Positions 30,153 through 39,877 of a stretch of 64,000 nucleotides of DNA are shown in pieces. The position numbers and the translations under genes are program-made. Position 1 is the first letter of the stretch; every line of letters begins with the position of its first letter. The notes beneath the pieces are model-generated. The model saw only the letters and a program-made list of their open reading frames with translations. It ran no database searches and was not told the origin of the DNA. This stretch comes from an uncultured Planctomycetota bacterium (lineage in GTDB: Bacteria; Planctomycetota; Phycisphaerae; Tepidisphaerales; Tepidisphaeraceae). Location: contig CAWJEN010000006.1 of NCBI GenBank assembly GCA_963841915.1, positions 832,001 through 896,000 on the forward strand. The letters are read 5' to 3'.

Positions 30153-31796
30153 CTACTCGCGAGCGATCTTGTTAAAGATCATCGTCACCGTTTTGATGAT
30201 AATCTCGATGTCGCCCCAGAACGATCTTGTCCGTACGTACTCGAGGTCGAAGCGAACCCATTCCTGAAAGTCGGTGTCTTCTTCGCGGGTGCGGCGGATC
30301 TGCCACAAGCCCGTGATGCCGGGCTTGACGCTGAGCCTGCCCTCACGCCACGCCGGGTTGTTCTGGTTCTCCTTGTAAGGACTCGGCCTTGGCCCCACGA
30401 TGCTCATGTCGCCGGCCAGCACGTTCCAGAACTGTGGCAGCTCGTCGAGATTGGTCTTCCGCATGAAGTTGCCCACGCGGGTCACGCGCGGGTCGTTGTC
30501 CATGAAGAACTGGTTGCCGTCGGCCTTGTTCTTGCCCTCGGCGATGAGGCGTTGCTTGACGATTTCGGCGTCCTGCCGCATCGACCGGAACTTCCAGCAC
30601 TTGAACGTCCGTCCGCCACGCCCCTCGCGGACGTGGCCGAAGAAGATCGGGCGGCCACTTTCGATCACGATGGCGGGCACCAGGATGAGCCACAACGGGC
30701 TCGTGCCGATCAACGCGCAGACGGAGAAGCAGATGTCGAAAATCCGCTTGGCCGCGTCGCTGGCGGCGTGTGGGCGGTGGGGAATGATCGTGTCCGGCCG
30801 ACCTGGCTTCTCATCCTCGCCATCAGGGCGACCGAGTTGACCGACGCGCCGCGTGACGTTGCGTGAGCCTGTGGGCCTGCTGGCCGGTCGCGCGTCGTCG
30901 GGGAGCCACTCGGCCTTGGGTGGTTCGAGCTCGTCCCACTCGATCTCCTCGGCACTGGTGTCAGGACGATGCTCGGCGGCATCCCAGACGACTCGCGGGC
31001 CGACGACGGTGGTGCCAGGTGCGAATCGGCGACCGGCGCCGATCCAGACGGGGCCGTGAAACTTGGTCTCGCCTGCGTCGGCCGACGGGTCGAGCCACAC
31101 CGGGTCGAGCAGCTTGCCACGTGTCGCGTCCTCGCCGAGAGCGGTCGCCCGGCGGATGGTGGAATTCGGACGTCGCCATTCCCGGACAAGGTCCTTGAGC
31201 ATCAGGGCGATTTCGCGATCGTCGATGCGGTCGTAGACACGGGCGTCATCGACACGTATTGCCGCCCGCTCGCCGGGCGGGACGAAGCGGCGGATCTTCT
31301 TCCAAGCCGTCTTAGGGTCGTCAGATTGCTGCCAAAGTTCTGCGATCTCGCGGTCGGGCGTGATAAGCACACGTGACCGACGCAGGTCGGCCCCATCGTA
31401 GATGCGGTCGAAGCCGACAAACGCATCGCCACGGCCGTCGGTGGTCGCTTCGCAGAGAACGCTCTCGCGGTAGCCGTCGTTTCGCTTCTCCGAGAGCCGC
31501 ACTGAGAGGACCGTCGGCTCGACCCACTTGAGCATTTCGACGACGTCCCGCAGCGGAAACAGCGGCAGGTTGTAGCTGCTCAAGAGCAAAAACAGCTCGG
31601 CCTGCGGCGGGATCTTGGCCGACTCTCCCGTACGGATGACACCGACGCCGAAGCTGGCCCAGTAGCGGGCGTGTAGCTGGACGGGAGTCAGGCCCCAAAT
31701 CGTCCGATGCTCGCGCTGCTCTTTGGACAAAACCGCCAACACCTCGCCCGGGTCGGGCGGCGTGACGGGTTCGAGGTTGTCGGCATCGACCTTCAA
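30153..31796 (-). CDS. Priming sugar (phosphoglycosyl) transferase with extended N-terminal domain
   Basis: KRIFDI, FKCWKFRSM, DPRVTRVG, RKTNLDELPQFWNVL.GDMSIVGPRP, KPGITGLWQ. Confidence 0.9.
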   Translation of the reverse strand: MKVDADNLEPVTPPDPGEVLAVLSKEQREHRTIWGLTPVQLHARYWASFGVGVIRTGESAKIPPQAELFLLLSSYNLPLFPLRDVVEMLKWVEPTVLSVRLSEKRNDGYRESVLCEATTDGRGDAFVGFDRIYDGADLRRSRVLITPDREIAELWQQSDDPKTAWKKIRRFVPPGERAAIRVDDARVYDRIDDREIALMLKDLVREWRRPNSTIRRATALGEDATRGKLLDPVWLDPSADAGETKFHGPVWIGAGRRFAPGTTVVGPRVVWDAAEHRPDTSAEEIEWDELEPPKAEWLPDDARPASRPTGSRNVTRRVGQLGRPDGEDEKPGRPDTIIPHRPHAASDAAKRIFDICFSVCALIGTSPLWLILVPAIVIESGRPIFFGHVREGRGGRTFKCWKFRSMRQDAEIVKQRLIAEGKNKADGNQFFMDNDPRVTRVGNFMRKTNLDELPQFWNVLAGDMSIVGPRPSPYKENQNNPAWREGRLSVKPGITGLWQIRRTREEDTDFQEWVRFDLEYVRTRSFWGDIEIIIKTVTMIFNKIARE

Positions 31797-31852
31797 AGGG
31801 TGGGCGCAGTGTCAGGTCGGGATCCGTGGTCGCACGCAGCGAGCAGGAGCGG

Positions 31853-34213
31853 TTAGCGGCTTTTGGTCTTGCGGCTGCGGTCAGGCATGGCTGCGGCTGA
31901 TGACCGATAGTTCATTCCTGCGACGCTGCGATCGAAGTCGGCCGAACCGGCACGGTTGAAGACGATGCCCGCGACCGTCGCACCCACATCATTAAGGTGT
32001 TTGGCGGCTTTGTTGATGGTTTCCTTGTTCTGGTTGCGGCTGACCGTCAGGATCGTGGCGTCGGCAGCGCTGGCGACGGGTGTCGTCTCGATGCTGCCCA
32101 GGATCGGGCCACAGTCGAGCAGAATCACGTCGAAGTGCTTCTTGGCTTCGCGGACGAGCCGGGCGACGGCCGACGGGCTGAAAACGCCGGCCTTCTTCTC
32201 GGTCGCGTTACCGATAGGCAGCACGGCCAGGTCAGGCACATCTGTTTCGCAGGTGACGCCCAGGAAGTCGTTGCCGAGCAGGGCGTCGAGGACGCCTTCG
32301 TCACCCTTGACCTTCATCCGCTTGGACAGGCCACCGCCGCGAAGGTCGGCGTCGACGAGCAGCGTACGGCAACCACTGGCCGCGTAGCTGAGGCCGAGCG
32401 CCAGGCACAAGCTCGTCTTGCCGTCCTCGCGACCGGCGGAGGTGACGGCAAAGGCGCGGGGCTTGTCGGTCGTCGCGTCACCGGTCGCCGGGACTGCGTG
32501 GTGGATCTGCAGGATTGTGCGGATCTGGTGCACGCAGTGGGCGGCGATGGAGGCCTGGTTCGGGTCGCTGAGCCGGTCGGGCAGATCGGGCAGCACGCCG
32601 AGCATCGGTACGTGGCGGCCGTTGGGTCCGCTCGGCATCTCGGCGGCGAGGTCGATGGCGTCGTCGCTGTAACGCGTCCGCTTGTCGAACAGGCCGAAGA
32701 GCAGCACGAGACCGGCCGGAATGCCGGCACCGAGAATCGCACCACCAAGTGCGGTGGCCGATCGGGCGTCCTTGGCCACACTGGCGGAGCTGGGCAGGTC
32801 CTTTGGCTTGACGACGCTGATCGCGTCCATGTCGGCCTCTTTAAGCGCCTGACGCACCTGCATATCGCGATCGTCCTCGCGAATCAGGGCGTCGAGTTCC
32901 TTGATGTCGTCCTCGAGTTCGCCGCGACGGCGGGTCGCGCGTTCGAGGGCCTCGCGATCCGAGGCGATAAGCGACAGTCCTTCGACGCCGCTCTCGACAA
33001 TGGGGCGAAGGTTTTCGATGCGAGCACGGAGGCCTTCGATGAAGTCGGCTGTCACGTCGACACGATCGGAGCCGCCGTCGGCAATATTGGGCATCGTGCC
33101 GTAGTACGTCTGGCGAACCTTGTCGGCCTGCGCCTCGATCAACTCCTCGATGAAGCTCAGATTTTCTGTTGCAGTAACGACGGAGGCGGCCTTGTCGCCC
33201 AACCCGCCCCGTTTGAGTTGGCGAAGCTCCGCCCGCGTCTGCGCACGCAGCGCCAACAGGTTCCGCAGCTCGCCGTCACCGTCGGCAAGGGCTTCAGGCG
33301 TCAGGTCGCCCGCTCGGCCCTTGTACTGCTCGGCCCGACGCAGGTCCTGCTCGAGGCTGTTGAGCAGCGCTTCGTCCCTGTCGAGGTCGCTCTGCATCCG
33401 GTCGTAGATACCGCCGAGATTTTCGGTGCCTTGATATCCCTTGGCAATCTGGCTGATCTCGCTCTCGACCCGATTAAGCTGATCCACGTACGCCGACCGC
33501 TGCCGATTGCGGGAGCCGTCGACCTGCTCGCTCGAGATGAGCTGTCGCCTACGGAAGTCGTTCTCGTAAGCCTCCAACGCGGCCAAGGTTCCCTTGACGG
33601 CAATCGTCGGGCTCGGGTGCTCAAAGCCGATGCTGATTGCCCAGGTGGCTTCATTGCGAGAGGCTTCAAGAAAGTTCTGGAAGACAGCCGGCTCCCAGCC
33701 CATGTCGAGTGACTTCCAGATCTCGGTCTCAACCGCCTGCTGTGCGATGGCGGGCGTCTGCGTGATGCGTTCTCTCTCGTTGCGCATGAACGAGACGTAG
33801 CTCTCGACCACGCGTTGGTCCCCTTCGAAGCCTTCGATCGACGGCTGAATCGTGACGCGGCCGCTGGAGCGGTAGGTCGGGCTTGTCAAAGAGTAACCGG
33901 CTGCGGCACCGAGAACGCCACCGCCTGCGGCCAGGCCGATCAGCAGGGGCCAGCGACCGCGCAAGAGTCGCTTCACCTTGTAGAGCGGATCGTCGGCGCC
34001 CGGCATGGCCGAGGAGGTGGTCGACGTCCGAACGAGCTCGGTCGAGGTCTGGGGCACATCAGCCCAAAAGTCGGCTGAGCGGCCTCCGGCGTCGTCTACT
34101 GCTTTGATGCTCATCTGCGAAGTGCGGTTCGTGCTCATGGAAGGGCCGGTTGCGGGCGCTGCGGGCGACCCGTCGCTCGGTTCTACGCTCGCCGACCCCC
34201 GAGGGTCAGACAC
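31853..34213 (-). CDS. Wzc-like polysaccharide co-polymerase / BY-kinase
   Basis: Two TM segments flanking a coiled-coil; Walker A SAGREDGKTS, A-prime LLVDADLR, Walker B ILLDCGP. Confidence 0.85.
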   Translation of the reverse strand: MSDPRGSASVEPSDGSPAAPATGPSMSTNRTSQMSIKAVDDAGGRSADFWADVPQTSTELVRTSTTSSAMPGADDPLYKVKRLLRGRWPLLIGLAAGGGVLGAAAGYSLTSPTYRSSGRVTIQPSIEGFEGDQRVVESYVSFMRNERERITQTPAIAQQAVETEIWKSLDMGWEPAVFQNFLEASRNEATWAISIGFEHPSPTIAVKGTLAALEAYENDFRRRQLISSEQVDGSRNRQRSAYVDQLNRVESEISQIAKGYQGTENLGGIYDRMQSDLDRDEALLNSLEQDLRRAEQYKGRAGDLTPEALADGDGELRNLLALRAQTRAELRQLKRGGLGDKAASVVTATENLSFIEELIEAQADKVRQTYYGTMPNIADGGSDRVDVTADFIEGLRARIENLRPIVESGVEGLSLIASDREALERATRRRGELEDDIKELDALIREDDRDMQVRQALKEADMDAISVVKPKDLPSSASVAKDARSATALGGAILGAGIPAGLVLLFGLFDKRTRYSDDAIDLAAEMPSGPNGRHVPMLGVLPDLPDRLSDPNQASIAAHCVHQIRTILQIHHAVPATGDATTDKPRAFAVTSAGREDGKTSLCLALGLSYAASGCRTLLVDADLRGGGLSKRMKVKGDEGVLDALLGNDFLGVTCETDVPDLAVLPIGNATEKKAGVFSPSAVARLVREAKKHFDVILLDCGPILGSIETTPVASAADATILTVSRNQNKETINKAAKHLNDVGATVAGIVFNRAGSADFDRSVAGMNYRSSAAAMPDRSRKTKSR

Positions 34214-34301
34214 GCGGCAGGGCGATCGGATCGGACAGGCCGATGATTTACCTATCGACCGCCAACACCGGTCGGCAGACGCGGGTTACCCGCTCCCACT
34301 T

Positions 34302-35141
34302 TTATCGGTCCTGCGGCAGTTGTCGAGTCGCCTGGCCGACTCCCGCTTCGGGTGATGCACCTTCGTTGCCCAGCAGCACCTCAAGCGTCGGCTCCAGCGC
34401 CCGCATCACATCGGTCACGACCTGCAGCTTCACCCGCTCGGGAAGCGCTGCGTCGATGTCGGACATAGAAATGGTCACCGCTGCTGCGCCGCGACGCCGT
34501 TGTTGATACTCGCCGCCGCCTCGGGTGGCGTAGTAGAAGGCCTCAAAATCGCCGGCCGTCGTGCCGCCACCTCGGCGTGCCGGCACGATGAGCGTGCCGG
34601 CGATCCACTCGTCGCGGCCATCGAAGGTCGAGCCGTTCACGCGTATGGAGCGGTCGTCCGAGCGGTACAGCAGCCGACCCTCACCCACGGGCGGGCTTTG
34701 CCCCGACCATCTTGCCGGTGATTCAGGCCAGTAGCGACGGATCTCGTTGTCGCGACTAACGAGCACGATGACCGCCTCGACCCGCTCAGCCTTGAGGTCG
34801 CCGGGCTTTGACGGCGAAAAGTTGATGAACTCGATCCGACGTGCCGCCAGCGGAGGCCTGTAGGCAGCATTGGGTTGCCGCATCGGCAGGTCGCGACCGA
34901 TCCACAAACCGCTCGGTCCTTCGAGGCTCGTGGCGACGTTCTCGTTGATGACCGACGTGGCCAGGGCGTGGTAGTCGTCCCAATTGCTCGGACGGTGCGT
35001 GAGGTTCAGGTAGACCAGCGACACCGCCAGGACGGCGGCGGTCAGCGTCGGCGCAAGCCACGCGGCCAACGAGTGCGGACGCAACTTCGACCAGAACGAT
35101 CGCGACCGTCCCCTCGAAGTTCCGCCCGGGTGCGTCGTCAT
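34302..35141 (-). CDS. Exosortase-associated EpsI-like protein
   Basis: TM anchor then YH...WIGRDLP pattern; start overlaps the exosortase stop (ATGA). Confidence 0.55.
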   Translation of the reverse strand: MTTHPGGTSRGRSRSFWSKLRPHSLAAWLAPTLTAAVLAVSLVYLNLTHRPSNWDDYHALATSVINENVATSLEGPSGLWIGRDLPMRQPNAAYRPPLAARRIEFINFSPSKPGDLKAERVEAVIVLVSRDNEIRRYWPESPARWSGQSPPVGEGRLLYRSDDRSIRVNGSTFDGRDEWIAGTLIVPARRGGGTTAGDFEAFYYATRGGGEYQQRRRGAAAVTISMSDIDAALPERVKLQVVTDVMRALEPTLEVLLGNEGASPEAGVGQATRQLPQDR

Positions 35142-36106
35142 CCGGCCAGACGGTAGCGGTAGATGTGTAACCCGACCCAGTCAAAGAACGCAACGCCGGC
35201 TGCCACGAGCCCGATCCCGATGGCCGGCAGCAGAAAATCACTCAGCGTCCCCACGTTTGTCGCAAGCTGATCCCACCGATCGGCATCCGGGGCGTCGACC
35301 GCATGCGACGCCAGCCACAACACCGGCACCGCTCTGACGATGTTTAGCACGATCGCCAAAATCGGCACGAGCAAGAGCAACAGCCACCGGTAGCCGTTCC
35401 GCAGCGTCGTCGAGAAGGCAAACGTGTAGACGATCACCAGCAACGCCATCGCCAGGGGCAGGCCGTCGCAAGCGTCGGCTGTCGCTTCGTAACCGACACG
35501 AGCGACAGGGTCGGTGAGATTGAGCAGGTCGAAGATCGCCCGCACGCTCGACCGCGTGATCGAAATCATCGGCTGCGTCAGCCAATCCCGGGCCCGCCCA
35601 GGCAAAGGCAGGAAGAACAACCCTGCGAAAAATACCGGCATCATCCGCAAAATCAGGTTTCTGCCGCACACGCTCACAATCGCACCGACGGCCAGCAGCA
35701 ACGCGCCGAGGTGGAACAACATCGACACACCCGCCTGCCCGCCGACGAAGATGGAAGCAAAGCCAAGACTTGCGATGAGCAGGCCGAACCACTGTCCGCC
35801 GACCCTGAGGTAAGGCAGCCGCTTTCGACGACGCCACCACAAGATCACGATGGCAAACGGTGCCAGAAAAACGTGCAGGTTGTGGCCGTAGACGTCGACG
35901 AGGCTTGCCGCGTCGGCCCACGCCCACCAGCCGACGAAGACGGCTAAGACACCGAATGCGATGCCCAGGACGAGGTTGTGCGTCCGCAACCGCGGCCGCC
36001 AATGACGGTCCTGCGGATCGTCAGCACCGGCGAGCTGACGCGGCATGTACCGCTCGGCCGGCCGCGGGGCGGTTGAACCATCGAGGCTGGACGAGACAGA
36101 CGACAT
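35138..36106 (-). CDS. Exosortase/archaeosortase family protein
   Basis: About 8 TM helices; Cys motif ADACDGL, Arg motif LNIVR; N-terminal YGHxLHxFLAP. Confidence 0.8.
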   Translation of the reverse strand: MSSVSSSLDGSTAPRPAERYMPRQLAGADDPQDRHWRPRLRTHNLVLGIAFGVLAVFVGWWAWADAASLVDVYGHNLHVFLAPFAIVILWWRRRKRLPYLRVGGQWFGLLIASLGFASIFVGGQAGVSMLFHLGALLLAVGAIVSVCGRNLILRMMPVFFAGLFFLPLPGRARDWLTQPMISITRSSVRAIFDLLNLTDPVARVGYEATADACDGLPLAMALLVIVYTFAFSTTLRNGYRWLLLLLVPILAIVLNIVRAVPVLWLASHAVDAPDADRWDQLATNVGTLSDFLLPAIGIGLVAAGVAFFDWVGLHIYRYRLAG

Positions 36107-36165
36107 GCGCAGCAGTGCGTGAGCGGGACGATTTCCCTACTGACCACGTCGGCCAGATGCAGATC

Positions 36166-37437
36166 TCAGGTGAGCCGCGTGTCACTGTTGCCGATGCCAC
36201 GCAGCGCGAGGTTAAGTGCATCGACGTTGCTCGCAAGCCGCTTGGCTTCGTCGACGCTGATGACCTGACGCTGGAACAGGTCGGTCAGGTGTTGGTCGAA
36301 CGACTGGTTGCCGGCCTCCTTGTTGCCGACGATGCTCTTTAACTTCTCGTATTCCTTCTCCATGATGTACCGACGCGCAAGCGGCGTCATGTACATCACC
36401 TCGACCACCGGCACGCGACCTTTGCTGTCACGCTTCTTGGCCAGACGCTGACAGAACACGCAAGCAAGGTTCGTCGCTAGCTGCGTGTTCATCAGGTCGG
36501 CCTGCTGCTTGTCGAACAGGGCGACCACGCGCTCGATCGTCATCGACGCGTTCGTCGCGTGGACCGTCGAAAAGACCAGGTGGCCCGTATCGGCGGCCCG
36601 CAGGGCGGTCATAAGGCTGAAGCCGTCGCGAATCTCACCGATGAGCATCGTGTCCGGGTCCTGTCGCATGGCAGCGCGCAGGGCGTGGTCGTAGCTCTCG
36701 GAGTCGGTGCCGACTTCGACCTGGCTGACGAGGGACTTGTTGTCCTGGTGCTCGAACTCGATGGGGTCTTCGACGGTGATGATCCGCTCGGAGCGGGACG
36801 CATTGATCTTGCCGATGATGGCCGCCAGCGTCGTTGATTTACCTGAACCGGTCGTGCCTGAGACGAGCACGAGGCCGCGGTAGAGGTCAGCGAGCTTGGT
36901 GATCTGTGGCGGCAGGTTGAGGTCGCCGAACTTGGGAATGGTCGTCACGATCCGCCGCATGACGACCGCCGCCTTGCCGCGGCTGTGGAAGCTGGCGACG
37001 CGGAAGCGGGCGATCAGCTCGCCCTCCTTGGCCTCTGCGTCTTTGTAGAGCGCGTAGCTGGTGTCGACGCTGCCTTTGTGCAGGTACTCCTGAAACTTGT
37101 CGTCGTCGCCGATGAGTTCACGGTTGAACTCGGTCATGAGGGTGTCGTCCGGCTTGCCGCACTCGAGGAACCTCAGCTTGCCGTCGACGCGGATGACGGG
37201 CGTGGAGTCTGCCTGCAGGTGCAAGTCGCTGCCACCGGCCGTGACCACGGTCTTGAGGAACTGCCGCAGGTTGGGCACGTCGGCGGTGCTTCGCTTCTTA
37301 CCGTTGGCTTGGGCGACGGGCTCGGGGTCGTGCCCGCTCCCGGCGATGCTCATCGTGTCACCGGGCGCATGTCGCTCGGCCTCTTGGGCAGCCAACTCGG
37401 GGTCGTCCAGAATGCTTGCAGGGTTGTTATCAGCCAT
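36166..37437 (-). CDS. pilT: PilT/PilU family type IV pilus ATPase
   Basis: SDLHL, GTTGSGKSTT, TVEDPIE, MRQDPD, GEIRD, TGHLVFSTVH; start uncertain (37437 or 37572). Confidence 0.88.
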   Translation of the reverse strand: MADNNPASILDDPELAAQEAERHAPGDTMSIAGSGHDPEPVAQANGKKRSTADVPNLRQFLKTVVTAGGSDLHLQADSTPVIRVDGKLRFLECGKPDDTLMTEFNRELIGDDDKFQEYLHKGSVDTSYALYKDAEAKEGELIARFRVASFHSRGKAAVVMRRIVTTIPKFGDLNLPPQITKLADLYRGLVLVSGTTGSGKSTTLAAIIGKINASRSERIITVEDPIEFEHQDNKSLVSQVEVGTDSESYDHALRAAMRQDPDTMLIGEIRDGFSLMTALRAADTGHLVFSTVHATNASMTIERVVALFDKQQADLMNTQLATNLACVFCQRLAKKRDSKGRVPVVEVMYMTPLARRYIMEKEYEKLKSIVGNKEAGNQSFDQHLTDLFQRQVISVDEAKRLASNVDALNLALRGIGNSDTRLT

Positions 37438-37597
37438 AGGCGGTGGGGCGGGAGCGAAACTGTAGCCGCCCGCGGGAGCGGGCGCGTCTGGCTCCGGACG
37501 CACCCGCTCTGGCGGTCGGCTAAAAACGGCTTGCTCTACGCGTCGTGGTGGCACGCCTCCGCCAGCGCCCAACCCGTGCTACCGAAACTTCGGCCGC

Positions 37598-37906
37598 CTA
37601 ATCGATCGATTCAGGCGCGGCCCCGCCGCGGCCCAGGTGGTACTCGCCGACGCGATAGCCGGTCTCGACGATGCCGTCGAGCAGTTCGTGGGCCGTCACT
37701 CGACGAGCATCAAAGATGACCGATACGTTACCGCTCGGGAAGTCGACCTCGGTCTCGCGAACACCCTCGAAGCGATTGAGACGTTGAATGATCTTGGTCT
37801 CGCAGGTGTGGCTGTGCATCCCGCTGACGCCGACGATGAGCAGCGAGTCGCGGTCGAGCGCGTCTCTGCGTTGCGTCGATGGTTGACGACTGGGCGAAGT
37901 GCTCAT
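37598..37906 (-). CDS. Heavy-metal-associated (HMA/CopZ-like) domain protein with variant motif
   Basis: VSGMHSHTCE...GV...VDF...V.FD...I.ETGY fold pattern. Confidence 0.75.
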   Translation of the reverse strand: MSTSPSRQPSTQRRDALDRDSLLIVGVSGMHSHTCETKIIQRLNRFEGVRETEVDFPSGNVSVIFDARRVTAHELLDGIVETGYRVGEYHLGRGGAAPESID

Positions 37907-37953
37907 GACACGCTCCGTGGCTGAATCGGTCGGGTTTCCTCCCACGGTTCATG

Positions 37954-37973
37954 TTACACGGTGTCGCGTGTAA
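37954..37973. promoter_or_regulatory. Candidate operator palindrome
   Basis: TTACACG-N6-CGTGTAA perfect inverted repeat in the divergent HMA/trpG intergenic region. Confidence 0.45.
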
Positions 37974-38069
37974 ATCACCCCATGATGCCTCGGCTTGATC
38001 CTGAAGAGCCGCCCAGCATCACATCCTGGCGATGTCCGCCGCCCGCCCGGTCATACGCTCACGCACGCC

Positions 38070-38663
38070 ATGTTATTGCTGATCGATAACTACGACAGCT
38101 TCACGTACAACCTCGTCCAGCTCGTGGCGACGGTCGCACGCGACGCCATGCCGGACCTGGACGTGAAGGTCGTTCGCAACGACGCCATTACAGCAGAGGG
38201 CGCAGCGGCGTTGTCGCCGAGCCACCTGATCGTCAGCCCGGGCCCTTGCTCGCCGAATGAAGCGGGTGTGTCGTCGGACGTCATCGAGCGACTCGCACCG
38301 GCGGGCGTCCCGACGCTGGGCGTGTGCCTTGGCCACCAGTGCATTGCCGACCGCTTCGGCGGCGTCGTCGAGCGGGCGGGCAAGCTCATGCACGGCAAGA
38401 CCGACCTCGTCCACCACGACGGCCGCACGATCTTTGCCGGCATTCCGTCACCCTTCACCGCCGCCCGGTACCACTCGCTGATCGTCCGCGAGGCTTCGCT
38501 GGCCGAGGCCGATTTCGAGATCAGCGCCAGAACTGCCGCCGGTGAAATCATGGGGCTGCGCCACCGCCGTTGGCCGCTCGAAGGCGTGCAGTTCCATCCG
38601 GAGAGCTTCATGACCGAGCATGGGGCGACGATGATCGGCAACTTCCTGGCGATGGGGCGTTGA
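38070..38663 (+). CDS. trpG: Anthranilate/aminodeoxychorismate synthase glutamine amidotransferase subunit (TrpG/PabA)
   Basis: IDNYDSFTYNL, SPGP, LGVCLGHQ, RYHSL, GVQFHPES. Confidence 0.9.
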   Translation: MLLLIDNYDSFTYNLVQLVATVARDAMPDLDVKVVRNDAITAEGAAALSPSHLIVSPGPCSPNEAGVSSDVIERLAPAGVPTLGVCLGHQCIADRFGGVVERAGKLMHGKTDLVHHDGRTIFAGIPSPFTAARYHSLIVREASLAEADFEISARTAAGEIMGLRHRRWPLEGVQFHPESFMTEHGATMIGNFLAMGR

Positions 38664-38831
38664 GACGAGTGCGCCCGCGACGCCGCCGCAGCGTTGCCCT
38701 GTGAAGCTGGGCTGGCCTTGACGACTGTCGGGCAAGGCGAGTCTCCATCGGCCTGCTTCGACTGATTCTGGGCCGTTATCGGGCAGTTGTGCGTCGACCA
38801 AATTGGCAGGCGTGGGGTAGGTTGGACTCAC

Positions 38832-39581
38832 ATGAAGATGCACTTAGCCATTGCCGTCGCTGCTGCGACCGTTGCCTCGTCGACCGTATCCGCCGCCTTA
38901 GAGGGGTATGCGATCGATCCAGCTTCCAGCATGCTGACCGTCACTGCCGAACTCGGTGGCAACGCCGCCACACCACAGTTCCTGGGTAGCAACATGGTCA
39001 ACCTCTCGGGCGGGATCCTCGTCGATCAGACTGCGACCACGATCCAGTTCGTCGGAGGCAGCCTTGTCGATGTGCTTCCGCAGGCCGCTCCTGTTTCACC
39101 CGATGTCGGTGGTATGCCAGGGTCTGCCATCGGTGACTTCGGCCTGAACTTCACGGACTTGTTCGGCACCATCCCGGCGGCCGGTCGCGACTTCAGCTTC
39201 GATCTGACCAGCGGGGTGATTCCCATCGTGCCGGTCCCTGGTCCCTTCGGCGGATTCGACTCCTTCGACGCGTCACAAATCGACTTCGAGCTGCTCGACG
39301 GCAGCGTCGACTACGACGCGGGCCTGGCCTTCGGATCGGCTGACCTGACGGGGGAGTCGGCGAGCAACAACGCAGTCCTGGGTGACCTGACCGACCTGTT
39401 CGGCCTTGACTTCATCACCATTCCTGTTGATGCGACGCTGTTCTTCACGGTGCTGACGCCGAATGACGCGAGCGTGACGATCACCGGCAACATTGTCGCC
39501 ACCCGCATCGTTCCCGAGCCTGCGACGGCCAGCGTCGTGCTGATGAGCGGCGGCCTGCTGCTGGGCCGTCGCCGTCGATAG
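38832..39581 (+). CDS. PEP-CTERM surface protein
   Basis: Signal peptide; C-terminal VPEP + hydrophobic helix + RRRR. Confidence 0.9.
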   Translation: MKMHLAIAVAAATVASSTVSAALEGYAIDPASSMLTVTAELGGNAATPQFLGSNMVNLSGGILVDQTATTIQFVGGSLVDVLPQAAPVSPDVGGMPGSAIGDFGLNFTDLFGTIPAAGRDFSFDLTSGVIPIVPVPGPFGGFDSFDASQIDFELLDGSVDYDAGLAFGSADLTGESASNNAVLGDLTDLFGLDFITIPVDATLFFTVLTPNDASVTITGNIVATRIVPEPATASVVLMSGGLLLGRRRR

Positions 39582-39794
39582 TGCAAGCGGGTGCAATTGA
39601 AGTGGGCGAACCGGGAGCATTCTGCCCCCGGTTTGTCTTTGCGCCCCGGCGGCCGCGGCGGCGCACGCGCTGGCGTGTCTCACGAACGACGACAACAGAC
39701 GGACCGCCTTCGGAACGTGCCCGCACTTTCTGACTGACGACGTTCGATTGCCCCCGCAGGACGAACGACCCGCCGACGCGTTTGCGGACCGAAA

Positions 39795-39810
39795 TGTTCC
39801 ACGTGGAACA
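39795..39810. other. parS site
   Basis: TGTTCCACGTGGAACA. Confidence 0.9.
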
Positions 39811-39861
39811 TTGGCACAGACGGCCAAACCGGTCTCAGAGCCCGCCACGACGGTCGGCCGA

Positions 39862-39877
39862 TGTTCCACGTGGAACA
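39862..39877. other. parS site
   Basis: TGTTCCACGTGGAACA. Confidence 0.9.
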
